Shown one piece after another: positions 1-9,468 of a DNA stretch of 32,000 nucleotides (position 1 is its first letter; every line of letters starts with the position of its first letter). The translations under genes were made by a program, and so were the position numbers. The notes beneath the pieces are model-generated. The model saw only the letters and a list, made by a program, of their open reading frames with translations. It had not been told where the DNA came from and did not search any database. Source of the DNA: Synechococcus sp. A15-24 (GTDB lineage: Bacteria; Cyanobacteriota; Cyanobacteriia; PCC-6307; Cyanobiaceae); contig NZ_CP047960.1 of NCBI RefSeq assembly GCF_014280195.1, forward strand, positions 750,001-782,000. The letters are read 5' to 3'.

Positions 1-1
1 G

Positions 2-229
2 CTCGGGGATCTGATCCTGGCGGAACCCAAGGCTCTGATCGGCTTCGCTGGACGGCGGGTGATCGAGCAGACGCTGCGCGAAAAGCTGCCGGACAATTTC
101 CAGACCGCGGAGTATTTGCAGGACCACGGCTTCGTGGACACGATCGTTCCGCGGACCCAGTTGCGCAGCAGCCTTGCCAGCCTGCTGCGGTTGCATGGCT
201 GCAGACCCATGGAGATCACCAGCGCATGA
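2..229 (+). CDS. accD: Acetyl-CoA carboxylase carboxyltransferase beta subunit, C-terminal fragment (5' end lies outside the window)
   Basis: Frame 2 translates to [51 protein letters not shown]..., a typical AccD C-terminus. The TGA at 227-229 overlaps the next ATG (ATGA). Confidence 0.85.
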   Translation, partial: LGDLILAEPKALIGFAGRRVIEQTLREKLPDNFQTAEYLQDHGFVDTIVPRTQLRSSLASLLRLHGCRPMEITSA

Positions 230-597
230 CAGGGTTTCTCACGGCCGTCTTGCTGAGCTTGCTTCTCTGGACTTCTCCAGCCTGGGCTGGCCCCGTGGAC
301 TGGGTTGAAGTGCCATCAAGCGAGGCTGGTCAGCAGTGGTGGGATCGCGGCAGCATCCGCGTGGATCGCTACGGCCTCCGCACGGTGCTCAGCCGGTTCA
401 CCCCGGCAGCAACGGAAGATGTTCAGCAGCCTAATGGCGAGCTCTACGTCATGCAGTTGGACTGCGCTCAGAAGCTCTATCGCGACAAGCAGGTGAACGG
501 CATTCCACGCTTCAAGGCGGATTGGCAGGCTGCTGGCGGTGATGGCTTGATTGCATCTGTCATTGATGCTGTCTGCCGCGAACCTCTCAACAGCTGA
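226..597 (+). CDS. Hypothetical secreted protein (123 aa) with an N-terminal signal peptide
   Basis: The ORF has a hydrophobic N-terminus, [21 protein letters not shown]|GP. Third codon positions are GC-rich. Its start overlaps the accD stop, and the next gene starts 2 nt after its stop. Confidence 0.6.
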   Translation: MTGFLTAVLLSLLLWTSPAWAGPVDWVEVPSSEAGQQWWDRGSIRVDRYGLRTVLSRFTPAATEDVQQPNGELYVMQLDCAQKLYRDKQVNGIPRFKADWQAAGGDGLIASVIDAVCREPLNS

Positions 598-598
598 T

Positions 599-1681
599 AT
601 GAGCCTTCAACCGATCGGCGTTGCTTTAGCAGGCCTGGGTTTTGGCGAGAAAGTGCACCTGCCGGCTCTTCAGGCCAACGCCGATCTGTGCCCAGTGGCG
701 TTGTGGCACCCGCGCCAGGAGCGCCTGGATGCCGCCACGGCTGCCCATGGCTTGAAGGGATTCAGCGACTGGGACGCTCTGCTGGCCGATCCAGCGGTCG
801 AGGCCGTGATCATTGCCACCCCGCCGGAACCGCGTTTTGCGCTGGCCCACCAAGCACTGAAGGCCGGCAAGCATCTATTGCTGGAGAAGCCGATTGCCCT
901 GCACGCCGATCAGGCCAGGGAGTTGCAGCGACTGGCGACCGCTAGGGGGGTGTCGGTCGCAGTCGATTACGAATATCGGGCGGTGCCGCTGTTCATGCAG
1001 GCCGAACGCCTGCTTCGGGCTGGGCTGATCGGGACTCCCTGGCTGGTGAAGCTGGACTGGCTGATGAGCAGCCGAGCTGACCCCAGTCGCGGCTGGAACT
1101 GGTATTCCCAGGCGTCCAAGGGGGGCGGAGTGATCGGTGCCCTGGGGACCCATGCCTTCGACATGTTGGCCTGGCTGGTGGGTCCGGTGGCTTCGGTGAC
1201 GGCCCTCAATGGCGTCTCCATCCGCGAGCGTCCCGACCCCCAGGGAGGAATGGCACCCGTGGATGCTGAGGACGTTGCGTTGATCCAAACCCGATTGCAG
1301 TGGCAGGGGAGCGCGGAGACATTGGTGCCAGCGCAGATCAACCTTGCGTCGGTGGCCCGGAACGGACGCGGCTGCTGGTTGGAGATCTATGGCTCGGAAG
1401 GAAGTCTTGTGCTCGGCAGTGCGAATCAGAAGGACTACGTGCATGGATTTGAACTGTGTTGTTCACGGGCTGGTGAGCAACCACAGCTGATCGAGCCGGA
1501 TCCCGATCTCGCATTTGCAACCTCCTGGAGCGATGGCCGTATCGCTCCGGTGGCGAGGATTCAGAGCTTGTGGGCCGAGAGCATTCGTTCTGGCACGCCG
1601 ATGATTCCAGGCCTGACGGAGGGAGTGGCCAGTCGTTTGGCCTGCGATCAAGCAGCCCAGACGGCAGCTGGTCTCGCGTAA
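599..1681 (+). CDS. Gfo/Idh/MocA-family NAD(P)-dependent oxidoreductase
   Basis: The N-terminal Rossmann motif IGVALAGLGFGEKVHLPAL and the EKP motif (LLLEKPIAL) are typical of this family. I chose the ATG at 599 because the ORF-track start at 551 overlaps the upstream gene. Confidence 0.8.
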   Translation: MSLQPIGVALAGLGFGEKVHLPALQANADLCPVALWHPRQERLDAATAAHGLKGFSDWDALLADPAVEAVIIATPPEPRFALAHQALKAGKHLLLEKPIALHADQARELQRLATARGVSVAVDYEYRAVPLFMQAERLLRAGLIGTPWLVKLDWLMSSRADPSRGWNWYSQASKGGGVIGALGTHAFDMLAWLVGPVASVTALNGVSIRERPDPQGGMAPVDAEDVALIQTRLQWQGSAETLVPAQINLASVARNGRGCWLEIYGSEGSLVLGSANQKDYVHGFELCCSRAGEQPQLIEPDPDLAFATSWSDGRIAPVARIQSLWAESIRSGTPMIPGLTEGVASRLACDQAAQTAAGLA

Positions 1682-1739
1682 CGCGGGGTAATATCGCCGC
1701 GACTCGTCCCTGACGACCTACCCCCTCGAGGATTTCACC

Positions 1740-2813
1740 ATGGCGCTCGTTCCGCTTCGGCTTCTGCTCGACCACGCCGCCGAGAACCGCTACGGCATCC
1801 CTGCGTTCAACGTGAACAACCTGGAGCAGGTGCAGGCGATCATGGAAGCGGCTGATGAGACCGACAGCCCCGTGATCCTGCAGGCCTCCCGCGGCGCCCG
1901 TAACTACGCCGGTGAGATCTTCCTGCGTCACCTGATCCTGGCCGCCACCGAGACCTATCCCCACATCCCCGTGGTGATGCACCAGGACCACGGCAACGCC
2001 CCTGACACCTGCTATTCCGCTGCCATCAACGGCTTCACCTCCGTGATGATGGACGGCTCCCTGGAAGCCGACGCCAAAACTCCTGCCAGCTACGAGTACA
2101 ACGTGGCTGTCACAAAGCAGGTGGTGGATTTCGCCCACTCCGTGGGTGTGAGCGTTGAGGGTGAGCTGGGCTGCCTGGGCTCCCTGGAAACCGGCAAGGG
2201 TGAAGCCGAAGACGGCCACGGTTTCGAGGGTGAGCTGTCCAAGGACATGCTCCTCACCGATCCTGCTGAAGCAGCTGACTTCGTTGCCAAGACCAAGTGC
2301 GACGCCCTGGCCATCGCCATCGGCACCAGTCACGGCGCTTACAAGTTCACCCGCAAGCCCACCGGTGAAGTGCTGGCAATCAGCCGCATCGCCGAGATCC
2401 ACAAGGCCATCCCCAACACCCACCTGGTGATGCACGGCTCCTCCTCCGTTCCCCAGGAATGGCTGGAGATGATCAACAAGCACGGTGGTGCCATCCCCGA
2501 GACCTACGGCGTTCCCGTCGAGGAGATCCAGGAAGGCATCCGCAATGGTGTGCGCAAGGTGAACATCGACACCGACAACCGCCTCGCCTTCACCGCTGCT
2601 GTGCGTGAAGCGGCCATGGCCGATCCGGCCAACTTCGACCCACGCCACTTCAACAAGCCTGCTCGTAAATACATGAAGCAGGTCTGCCTCGACCGCTATC
2701 AGCAGTTCTGGGCCGCCGGCAACGCCAGCAAGATCCAGCAGCAGACCATCAACTACTACGCCGGTCTGTACGCCAAGGGTGCCCTTGACCCCAAGGCTGC
2801 CGTGGCCGCCTGA
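1740..2813 (+). CDS. fbaA: Fructose-1,6-bisphosphate aldolase, class II (Calvin-cycle type)
   Basis: The 357-aa translation ([30 protein letters not shown]...HQDHG...GTSHGAYKF) matches class II FBA hallmarks. A GAGGA sits 9 nt upstream of the ATG. Confidence 0.95.
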   Translation: MALVPLRLLLDHAAENRYGIPAFNVNNLEQVQAIMEAADETDSPVILQASRGARNYAGEIFLRHLILAATETYPHIPVVMHQDHGNAPDTCYSAAINGFTSVMMDGSLEADAKTPASYEYNVAVTKQVVDFAHSVGVSVEGELGCLGSLETGKGEAEDGHGFEGELSKDMLLTDPAEAADFVAKTKCDALAIAIGTSHGAYKFTRKPTGEVLAISRIAEIHKAIPNTHLVMHGSSSVPQEWLEMINKHGGAIPETYGVPVEEIQEGIRNGVRKVNIDTDNRLAFTAAVREAAMADPANFDPRHFNKPARKYMKQVCLDRYQQFWAAGNASKIQQQTINYYAGLYAKGALDPKAAVAA

Positions 2814-2832
2814 TCCATACGATCCAGTGATC

Positions 2833-2858
2833 AAAGGGGGCTTCGGCCCCCTTTTTTT
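2833..2858. terminator. Intrinsic terminator, probably bidirectional (between convergent fba and ldcA-like genes)
   Basis: The sequence is AAA-GGGGGC-TTCG-GCCCCC-TTTTTTT: a 6-bp GC stem, a UUCG tetraloop, a T7 run on the + strand and an A3 run (T3 on the - strand). Confidence 0.8.
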
Positions 2859-2861
2859 GTG

Positions 2862-3827
2862 TCAAGTCAACAGCTCCAACGAGCCCCGCCGGCCATCGAG
2901 TCGTCCCAGTGCGCCGAGGGGGAGTGCCTGGTTGGGCAGGCCATGGCCCACAGGAAGATTGAGCACGAGGGGGACGCCAAGATCTCCCAACCGTTCCTCA
3001 AGGATCTCCTCCATCGTGAAATCCCCCGGAAGAACGTCGTCCTCGTCCCAGCTGAAGCGACCGCACGCGATGCCAGCAACGCTGTCGAGCAGTCCGGCGC
3101 TGCGCCATTGCGTCAGCATCCGATCAATGCGGTAGGGAGCCTCTCCCACGTCCTCCAGCACAAGGATGGCTCCCTTCAGTGAAGGCATCCAGGGGGTACC
3201 GATCAGGTGCGTTGCCACGGTGAGGTTGGACACCACCAGAGGTCCTTCGGCCACACCCGTGCGGACGCCGATCCCCTCCAGAGATTTCACGGGGCGCCCA
3301 CACAACAGATCAACCGTCCGCTGCCACTGCTTCTCGGGGCCGCCGTTGGATCCATGGATCGCTCCCGGCAGGCCGGCCGCCCACTGGGCAAGAAGCAGAG
3401 AGCAGGAATCGGAAAAGCCAAGGCTCCACTTCGGGCGGCGTGGAAAACGGAAGCCGGCCTCCAGCACCCTGGACCCGCCCCAGCCTCCCCCGAGGCTGAT
3501 CACGGCCTCCACCCCAGGGTCATACCAGGCCTCCAGAAGTGCGGCACGGCGATCGCGATCCGTGCCGGAGAAATAACGCCACTGACCTTTGACCTCTGTC
3601 GGGATTTCCAGCAGCCAACCCTCGGCGCTGCAGCGCTCGCGCAGGGGGGTGAGATCCCTGTCTGGATCCATCCAGGTGCCAGGGTTCACGGCCTTCAGAC
3701 GGGATCCTGGCCTCAGAGGTCTGGGCCAGGCAGCTCGGCCCGGGCCTGATGCCATGGCGCGGTTGGACACCAGCGCTGCAACGGCCGCCGTCGCTCCTGA
3801 GATCAGCAGCGAGCGGCGGTTCGGCAT
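2862..3827 (-). CDS. LD-carboxypeptidase (peptidase S66, muramoyltetrapeptide carboxypeptidase-like) with a Tat-like signal
   Basis: Motifs seen are ISLGGGWG, GFSDSCSL (nucleophile Ser) and LPVGHG. The N-terminus MPNRRSLLISGATAAVAAL resembles a twin-arginine signal. The start lies 1 nt after the purQ stop. Confidence 0.8.
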   Translation of the reverse strand: MPNRRSLLISGATAAVAALVSNRAMASGPGRAAWPRPLRPGSRLKAVNPGTWMDPDRDLTPLRERCSAEGWLLEIPTEVKGQWRYFSGTDRDRRAALLEAWYDPGVEAVISLGGGWGGSRVLEAGFRFPRRPKWSLGFSDSCSLLLAQWAAGLPGAIHGSNGGPEKQWQRTVDLLCGRPVKSLEGIGVRTGVAEGPLVVSNLTVATHLIGTPWMPSLKGAILVLEDVGEAPYRIDRMLTQWRSAGLLDSVAGIACGRFSWDEDDVLPGDFTMEEILEERLGDLGVPLVLNLPVGHGLPNQALPLGALGRLDGRRGSLELLT

Positions 3828-3828
3828 C

Positions 3829-4482
3829 TCAGCTCAGTAGGCCCTGCAGCAGGACGCGACCGTCGGTCCCACCGGTGGCAGGGTCGCAGGCCCGCTCCGG
3901 ATGGGGCATCAGTCCCAGCAAGTTTCCGGAGTCGTTGGTGATGCCAGCAATGTCCCCCACCGAGCCATTTGGATTGGCTTGGTAGCGCAGGGCAATGGCA
4001 TCGGCATCCTGCAGTTGCTTCAGGGTGTCGTCGGAGCATTGATAGCGGCCTTCCCCATGGGCGATGGGCAGGGTGAGCGTCCTGTCTGTTCCGTAGTGCT
4101 CTAGCCATGGTGTGCGGGAGCTGGCCACCTGTAGCGGTGCGTCCTCACAGATGAAGTGAAGGTCTCGGTTGCGGGTCAGGGCTCCGGGCAGGAGTCCCAG
4201 TTCGGTCAGCACCTGAAATCCGTTGCAGATCCCCAGCACGCGCCCCCCTTGAGCCGCGAAGTCGAGCAGCGCCTGGAGTGCTGGGGCGAAGCGGGCAATC
4301 GCACCACAGCGGAGGTAATCGCCGTAGCTGAAGCCCCCTGGCAGCACAACGGCATCAAGGCCGCTCAGATCCGTTTCCTCATGCCAGATCCGCCGGGTGG
4401 GCATGCCGAGGCATCCTTCGGTCGCCCACTGCACATCGCGATCGCAGTTGGAGCCGGGAAAGACAAGGACGCCGATGCTCAT
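3829..4482 (-). CDS. purQ: Phosphoribosylformylglycinamidine synthase subunit I (glutaminase)
   Basis: The 217-aa translation reads [16 protein letters not shown]...GICNGFQ...MPHPER. These are class I amidotransferase PurQ motifs. Confidence 0.95.
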   Translation of the reverse strand: MSIGVLVFPGSNCDRDVQWATEGCLGMPTRRIWHEETDLSGLDAVVLPGGFSYGDYLRCGAIARFAPALQALLDFAAQGGRVLGICNGFQVLTELGLLPGALTRNRDLHFICEDAPLQVASSRTPWLEHYGTDRTLTLPIAHGEGRYQCSDDTLKQLQDADAIALRYQANPNGSVGDIAGITNDSGNLLGLMPHPERACDPATGGTDGRVLLQGLLS

Positions 4483-4739
4483 GAGTCCTGCAGCTCCAGG
4501 GACCAGTCTTCGATCACTGGATTGGCCAGCAGGCGATCGCTCAGCACTTCCAGCCGGCGACGAGCCTCCTCGGCATCAGGGGCGTCCACTTCCAGCTCGA
4601 CGGCCTTGCCGATCCGCAGCTTGCTGATGCCCTCCACTCCAAGGCGTTCAGCAGCGCCACGGGTGGCTTCACCGGCAGGATCGAGCACGGAGGGGCGCAG
4701 GCGCACAAGGACGCGGGCTTGATAACGCGGCACGGTCAC
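4479..4739 (-). CDS. purS: Phosphoribosylformylglycinamidine synthase subunit PurS
   Basis: The 86-aa protein reads [20 protein letters not shown]...VIEDWSLEL. Its stop overlaps the purQ start (ATGA). Confidence 0.9.
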   Translation of the reverse strand: MTVPRYQARVLVRLRPSVLDPAGEATRGAAERLGVEGISKLRIGKAVELEVDAPDAEEARRRLEVLSDRLLANPVIEDWSLELQDS

Positions 4740-4840
4740 CAGCAGGGCTGCTCAAATCCTGCCAGACCGGTTCTGATCAGTGATCAGGACGACCGTTTGA
4801 AGGCAGTCCAGAATTGGTGAATCGGCGCGAGTTGTTGACG

Positions 4841-5152
4841 ATGTCGGTGTTCACCCTTCGATGCTCCAGCTGCGGCGCGGCTGTGGAGATTCCCGGACGC
4901 TTCGGCTTCAAATTGAAAAGTTCCGGTGCCGGCAGGCTGCTCTGCCAACGATGCCGGCAAAGCAGCTTTCTGAAGGCGAGGCGGGAACAACTTGATCAGG
5001 CGATTGAGGCTGAGATCCAGCGGATGCGCTGGGTTCCTGCCGCGGCAGTGGTGCTGGCATTGACCCTGGCCATCAGCCTCGTGTGGTGGCACCAGGCGCA
5101 ACAGAACCGTCCTCAGGACTCTTTGCCGGAACGGGTCTCGTCTTCGAGGTAG
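4841..5152 (+). CDS. Hypothetical zinc-ribbon (CxxC...CxxC) protein with a C-terminal TM helix
   Basis: The protein reads MSVFTLRCSSCGAAVEIP...LLCQRCRQ, followed by the hydrophobic stretch VPAAAVVLALTLAISLVWW. Third codon positions are GC-rich. Alternative TTG/GTG starts exist at 4814/4817. The 3' end overlaps the convergent MscS gene by 40 nt. Confidence 0.5.
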   Translation: MSVFTLRCSSCGAAVEIPGRFGFKLKSSGAGRLLCQRCRQSSFLKARREQLDQAIEAEIQRMRWVPAAAVVLALTLAISLVWWHQAQQNRPQDSLPERVSSSR

Positions 5153-6246
5153 AGGGTCTGGCTTGGGAAGGCGAACTCGATCCCTTGCTGGGCAAAGGCT
5201 TCCATGATCCCCAGATTGATGGCCTGCTGAGCATTCAGCGCCGTGGTGAAATCCCTGTTGTCGATGTAATAAACCAGCTCAAAATTCAGGCTGGAGTCAC
5301 CGAACTCGGTGAAGTGGCAGCGACTGAAGTTGGTGTTGTCGACCGCATTTATCACCTTTTCCACCATGATTGGAATGGCTTTCATCTGATCCACTGTGGT
5401 GCTGTAGGTGACACCGAGTGAATAGATCATTCGCCGCGTGTTCATGTCGGCAAAATTCAGGATCGTGCTGTTGGTGAGAGCGGAATTGTTCATCACTACG
5501 ATTTCCCCTCTCAGGCTGCGCAGGTGGGTGGAGCGAACGCCAATTCGTTCTACCGTGGCCCAGGTTGAGCCGACGTTGATGAACTGCCCCACCATGAACG
5601 GTTTGTCCAGCAGGATCATCAGGTATGCGAACAATTCCTGGGCAGGATCTTTCAGGGCCAAGCCAATCCCGATGCCACCAGCGCTGAGCAGCGCCCAGAT
5701 GGCAGCAAGTTTCACCCCCAGGCTCTGAAACAGCACGAGCGCACCGATCATCCAGATCAATGCCTTGATGAGGGGTTGCAGGCTGATGAACAGCTGTTGA
5801 AGGTCATCTCCGCTGCGTTGAGCAACACCCTGCAGAAAGCGAATCCCAAGGCGATTGGCGAATCGGACGATGACAACGGTGCCGAAGATCCGCAGCACGA
5901 CGTCGTAAGCCCGTTGGACGTCGTTGCTGAGACCGAGGTCGCTCTGAATCAACAACAGGACAACGACGATTCCAAATGGGAGAATCGACTCTGACAACGT
6001 GCGGAGAACAAAGTCGTCAAAGTCGCCAGGTGTTTTTCGCGTGAGCTTCGGAAAAACATTGCGAAGCAGGAATGACACCAGCAGCGTGATGGTCGTTCCC
6101 ACAGCGATATGGGTCAGAAGTTGAGTCAGGTTCAAGCTGATCGTTAGTGGTCCAGTGATTCTGAAGGGTTGCCCATGGTTGGCAATGCGTTCAGCGTCGC
6201 CTGAGAACCAGCGTGGTGTTGTTTGCCGGCATGGCGTGACGACCAT
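5113..6246 (-). CDS. Small-conductance mechanosensitive channel (MscS family)
   Basis: N-terminal TM helices are followed by a typical MscS beta-domain (PFMVGQFINVGSTWATVERIGVRSTHLRSLRGEIVVMNNSAL). The ATG at 6246 overlaps the upstream gene by 56 nt. An in-frame TTG at 6135 is an alternative start. Confidence 0.85.
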   Translation of the reverse strand: MVVTPCRQTTPRWFSGDAERIANHGQPFRITGPLTISLNLTQLLTHIAVGTTITLLVSFLLRNVFPKLTRKTPGDFDDFVLRTLSESILPFGIVVVLLLIQSDLGLSNDVQRAYDVVLRIFGTVVIVRFANRLGIRFLQGVAQRSGDDLQQLFISLQPLIKALIWMIGALVLFQSLGVKLAAIWALLSAGGIGIGLALKDPAQELFAYLMILLDKPFMVGQFINVGSTWATVERIGVRSTHLRSLRGEIVVMNNSALTNSTILNFADMNTRRMIYSLGVTYSTTVDQMKAIPIMVEKVINAVDNTNFSRCHFTEFGDSSLNFELVYYIDNRDFTTALNAQQAINLGIMEAFAQQGIEFAFPSQTLYLEDETRSGKES

Positions 6247-6808
6247 CGAGATTCATCGGGTGATGGGTGAGCAGGGCATCGATCCAGTCCAGATCCCTTA
6301 ATCCCCAGCGCGGGTCGCGTTGCCGTAAGGAGGCGTCAAAGGCCGCATTGCTGGCACTGGTGTGACAACCGTTGTGGCAGAAGGGTCCATAGATAATCAG
6401 AAGGCCATTCGTTGGAAGGCGGTCGCAGGCTTCCTGCAACAGCGCTTCCGTGCAGGTGGCTGGGCTGATGTGCAGCAGGTTGATGCACACCATGGCCTTC
6501 AGATCCTCCACGACAGCGGTTGGGAGGGGCCAAGGGCGCTGCTCGACATCCAGATCCAGGGCATCAGGCATCACGCCAGCCAGTTCGGCGTGACGGATCC
6601 AGGCGTTGATGCTGGCCCGGTGGTCGGGATCCGGATCACTGGCTTGCCACAGCAGTTGAGGGAAGCGTCGTTGAAAGGTGATGGCATGTTCACCACTGCC
6701 GCTCGCGATCTCGAGCACTGAACCATCCGCGGGCAGCAGCGTTTCGAGCAGATCACCGATCGGCTCTCGGTTGCGTTCTGTGGCGGGGAAGAACAGGCGT
6801 TGGTCCAT
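6191..6808 (-). CDS. DUF938-type class I SAM-dependent methyltransferase
   Basis: The protein reads FFPATERNREPIGDLL...VLEIASGSGEH (motif I)...YGPF..G..TS.SNAAFDASLRQRDPRWGLRDL, which matches the DUF938 family pattern as I remember it. It starts 9 nt after the arsR stop on the same strand. Confidence 0.75.
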   Translation of the reverse strand: MDQRLFFPATERNREPIGDLLETLLPADGSVLEIASGSGEHAITFQRRFPQLLWQASDPDPDHRASINAWIRHAELAGVMPDALDLDVEQRPWPLPTAVVEDLKAMVCINLLHISPATCTEALLQEACDRLPTNGLLIIYGPFCHNGCHTSASNAAFDASLRQRDPRWGLRDLDWIDALLTHHPMNLDGRHAMPANNTTLVLRRR

Positions 6809-6817
6809 GGATGCGGA

Positions 6818-7135
6818 TCACTCGGAACAGAGAGGGGCGCTTCTGGAGCAGTGCTGCCGCAGGGCGGCCAACCAGTCCTCCAACGCGGAGAGGGCATCAG
6901 GCTGCAATCGGTAATAGGTCCAGCGGCCGCTGTGTCGGTCAGCCAGCAGTCCGCAATCCCGCAACACGCGCAGGTGAAACGACAAGCGCGATTGGGTGAT
7001 TCCCAGATCCGCGGTGAGATCACAGACGCAGCGCTCGCCCTCGGCCAGGGCGTGGATCACGTCAAGACGGGTGGGGTCTGAAAGAGCCTTCAGGGTTTGC
7101 CGGGATTGCTCTGTGGTGAGGGTGTTCTGCATCAC
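6818..7135 (-). CDS. arsR: ArsR/SmtB-family metalloregulator with the CVC As(III)-type motif
   Basis: The protein reads LKALSDPTRLDVIHALAEGERCVCDLTADLGITQSRLSFHLRVLRDCGLL (wHTH plus CVC). The ORF-track start is the GTG at 7135. An ATG follows at 7132. Confidence 0.85.
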   Translation of the reverse strand: MMQNTLTTEQSRQTLKALSDPTRLDVIHALAEGERCVCDLTADLGITQSRLSFHLRVLRDCGLLADRHSGRWTYYRLQPDALSALEDWLAALRQHCSRSAPLCSE

Positions 7136-7162
7136 CTGAGCGGCTTTCCATGACCTGTTTGG

Positions 7163-7178
7163 ATCAACATAATTTGAT
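7163..7178. promoter_or_regulatory. Candidate ArsR operator overlapping a -10-like hexamer in the arsR/gap divergent promoter
   Basis: The sequence is ATCAA-cataat-TTGAT, an inverted repeat. The spacer CATAAT resembles a -10 box lying 23 nt upstream of the gap ATG. Confidence 0.35.
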
Positions 7179-7195
7179 TAGTCGTGGGTCGCAGC

Positions 7196-8218
7196 ATGCG
7201 CATTGGTATCAACGGCTTCGGGCGAATCGGTCGCCTCGTGTTCAGGGCGCTCTGGGGTCGGCCCGGCATCGAGCTGGTGCATGTGAATGACCCCGCGGGC
7301 GACGCTGCGACCGCCGCTCACCTCCTGGAGTTCGACTCAGTGCATGGACGCTGGGATCGCGGCATCACCAGCGATGCGGACGGTTTCTCCGTGGAGGGAT
7401 CACCACTGACCTGGTCGAGCGAGAAAAACCCCACAGCAGTGCCCTGGACAGCGCGCGGGGTGGAGATGGTGCTCGAGGCCAGCGGCAAGATCAAGACCCC
7501 GGAGACCCTGAACCCCTACTTCGATCAGGTGGGGCTGAAACGGGTGGTGGTGGCCTGTCCGGTGAAGGGTGAAGTGGCCGGCGAGGAGGCACTCAACATC
7601 GTGTACGGCATCAATCACGATCTTTATGAGCCAGAGCGGCACAGGTTGGTGACGGCTGCCTCGTGCACCACCAACTGCCTCGCTCCCGTGGTGAAGGTGG
7701 TGCACGAGAGCTTCGGCATCGAGCACGGAATGATCACCACCATTCACGACATCACCAACACCCAGGTGCCGATCGATGCCTTCAAGAGCGATCTGCGCCG
7801 GGCCCGCTCCGGCCTCACATCCCTGATCCCCACCACCACGGGCTCAGCCAAGGCGATCGCCATAATCTTCCCTGAGCTCAAGGGCAAACTCAATGGCCAT
7901 GCCGTGCGGGTGCCATTGCTGAATGGATCGCTCACCGATGCGGTGTTCGAGCTCAAGCAGAACGTTTCGGTTGATCAGGTGAATACTGCGTTCAAGGCCG
8001 CCTCAGAGGGCGCCTTGAAGGGAATCCTGGGTTACGAGGAGCGCCCCTTGGTGTCGTGCGATTACACCAACGACAACCGCAGTTCGATCATCGATGCCCT
8101 CTCGACGATGGTGGTCGACGACAACCAGTTGAAGGTGTTCGCCTGGTACGACAACGAATGGGGCTACAGCTGCCGGATGGCAGACCTCACCTGTCACGTG
8201 GTGGGGATGGACGCGTGA
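7196..8218 (+). CDS. gap: Type I glyceraldehyde-3-phosphate dehydrogenase, ArsJ-associated type
   Basis: The translation reads [15 protein letters not shown]...[10 protein letters not shown]...[10 protein letters not shown] chose the ATG at 7196 because the ORF-track GTG at 7184 adds 4 residues. It lies immediately upstream of arsJ and overlaps it. Confidence 0.9.
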   Translation: MRIGINGFGRIGRLVFRALWGRPGIELVHVNDPAGDAATAAHLLEFDSVHGRWDRGITSDADGFSVEGSPLTWSSEKNPTAVPWTARGVEMVLEASGKIKTPETLNPYFDQVGLKRVVVACPVKGEVAGEEALNIVYGINHDLYEPERHRLVTAASCTTNCLAPVVKVVHESFGIEHGMITTIHDITNTQVPIDAFKSDLRRARSGLTSLIPTTTGSAKAIAIIFPELKGKLNGHAVRVPLLNGSLTDAVFELKQNVSVDQVNTAFKAASEGALKGILGYEERPLVSCDYTNDNRSSIIDALSTMVVDDNQLKVFAWYDNEWGYSCRMADLTCHVVGMDA

Positions 8219-9468
8219 AGCTCTCCGCTCTGCAGCAGTACGGAATCGTGACCGCCAACTACTGGGCGTTCACGCTCACCGATGGTGCGTTGAGGATGCT
8301 GGTGGTTTTCCATTTCCACCAACTCGGCTACACCACCCTCGAGATCGCCTTCCTGTTTCTCTTTTACGAGTTCTTCGGGGTGGTCACGAACCTGTATGGC
8401 GGTTGGATCGGTGCGCGCTACGGCCTGCGGCTCACCCTCTGGGTTGGAACGCTGCTGCAGATCCTCTCGCTGGTGATGCTGATTCCGGTGGCAGCCAGCT
8501 GGCCGAAGCTGCTGAGCGTGATTTACGTGATGGCTGCTCAGGCGATCAGTGGGATTGCCAAGGACCTCAACAAGATGAGCGCCAAGAGCGCCATCAAAAC
8601 CGTGGTTCCTGAGACCCCGGATGATGCTCAGCGGGGCGAAAAGCAACTGTTCAAATGGGTCGCCATCCTCACGGGATCCAAGAACGCGCTGAAGGGAGTC
8701 GGCTTCTTTCTGGGCGGCGTGTTGCTCACCGCCTTTGGTTTCAACGCTGCTGTGGGTTGGATGGCAGCTGGCCTGGCCCTGGCCTTCCTGTTGACCTTGG
8801 TGCTGCCAGGTGAGATCGGAAAGATGAAGTCGAAGCCGGCCTTTTCCTCCCTGTTCTCCAAATCCCAGGGCATCAATGGGCTGTCGTTGGCGCGTTTCTT
8901 TCTGTTCGGAGCGCGCGACGTCTGGTTCGTGGTCGCCTTGCCGGTGTTTCTGGAGGCTTCACTCGGCTGGAACTTTGAGCAGGTGGGTGCCTTCATGGGC
9001 ACCTGGGTGATCGGTTACGGCATTGTCCAGGGTTCAGCACCGGGCTTGCGACGGCTTTGGGGACAGACGACTTCCCCTGGAGTGTCGGCTGTGCAGTTCT
9101 GGAGTGCTCTGCTTACCGCCATCCCTGCTTTGATCGGCGTTGCTCTGTGGCGCGACGCCAACGTGGCGGTTTCCATCACCGCCGGACTTGCGGCTTTCGG
9201 GGTGGTGTTTGCGATGAACTCCTCCATCCACTCTTACATGGTGCTGGCATACACCGATGCGGAGAGTGTCAGCCTCAACGTGGGCTTCTATTACATGGCC
9301 AACGCCGCAGGACGATTGGTCGGAACCCTGCTCTCCGGTGCTGTGTTCATGCTGGGTCGTACAGCATCCGGTGGCATGCAGGCCTGCCTGTGGTGTTCTT
9401 CGCTGCTGGTGTTGTTGGCCTGGCTCAGCAGCCTCAGACTGCCTGCTCCGCTGAGGACAGCCTCTTGA
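8215..9468 (+). CDS. arsJ: MFS transporter of the ArsJ (organoarsenical / 1-arseno-3-phosphoglycerate efflux) type
   Basis: The N-terminus [59 protein letters not shown] matches ArsJ as I remember it. The protein has about 12 TM segments. The GTG at 8215 overlaps the gap stop (GTGA). The ORF-track start at 8056 lies inside gap. Confidence 0.8.
   Translation: MKLSALQQYGIVTANYWAFTLTDGALRMLVVFHFHQLGYTTLEIAFLFLFYEFFGVVTNLYGGWIGARYGLRLTLWVGTLLQILSLVMLIPVAASWPKLLSVIYVMAAQAISGIAKDLNKMSAKSAIKTVVPETPDDAQRGEKQLFKWVAILTGSKNALKGVGFFLGGVLLTAFGFNAAVGWMAAGLALAFLLTLVLPGEIGKMKSKPAFSSLFSKSQGINGLSLARFFLFGARDVWFVVALPVFLEASLGWNFEQVGAFMGTWVIGYGIVQGSAPGLRRLWGQTTSPGVSAVQFWSALLTAIPALIGVALWRDANVAVSITAGLAAFGVVFAMNSSIHSYMVLAYTDAESVSLNVGFYYMANAAGRLVGTLLSGAVFMLGRTASGGMQACLWCSSLLVLLAWLSSLRLPAPLRTAS

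Noticed and set aside
1338-2834. A 498-aa ORF on the minus strand covers the whole fba gene.
   Set aside because: The translation is low-complexity (Gly/Val/His/Ala-rich) and has no recognisable domain. It lies exactly antisense to a clearly identified class II aldolase. It is a typical stop-codon-poor antisense frame of high-GC coding DNA.
8056-8214. The ORF track gives an N-terminal extension of the arsJ ORF (start 8056).
   Set aside because: The extension lies wholly inside the gap coding region in another frame. The ArsJ-like sequence begins at the GTG at 8215, which overlaps the gap stop.
9057-9464. The ORF track gives a long N-terminal extension of the SNase-like ORF (313-aa version).
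   Set aside because: It overlaps the arsJ 3' half out of frame and translates to Cys/Arg/His-rich junk. A proper signal peptide begins at the TTG at 9465 or the ATG at 9477.
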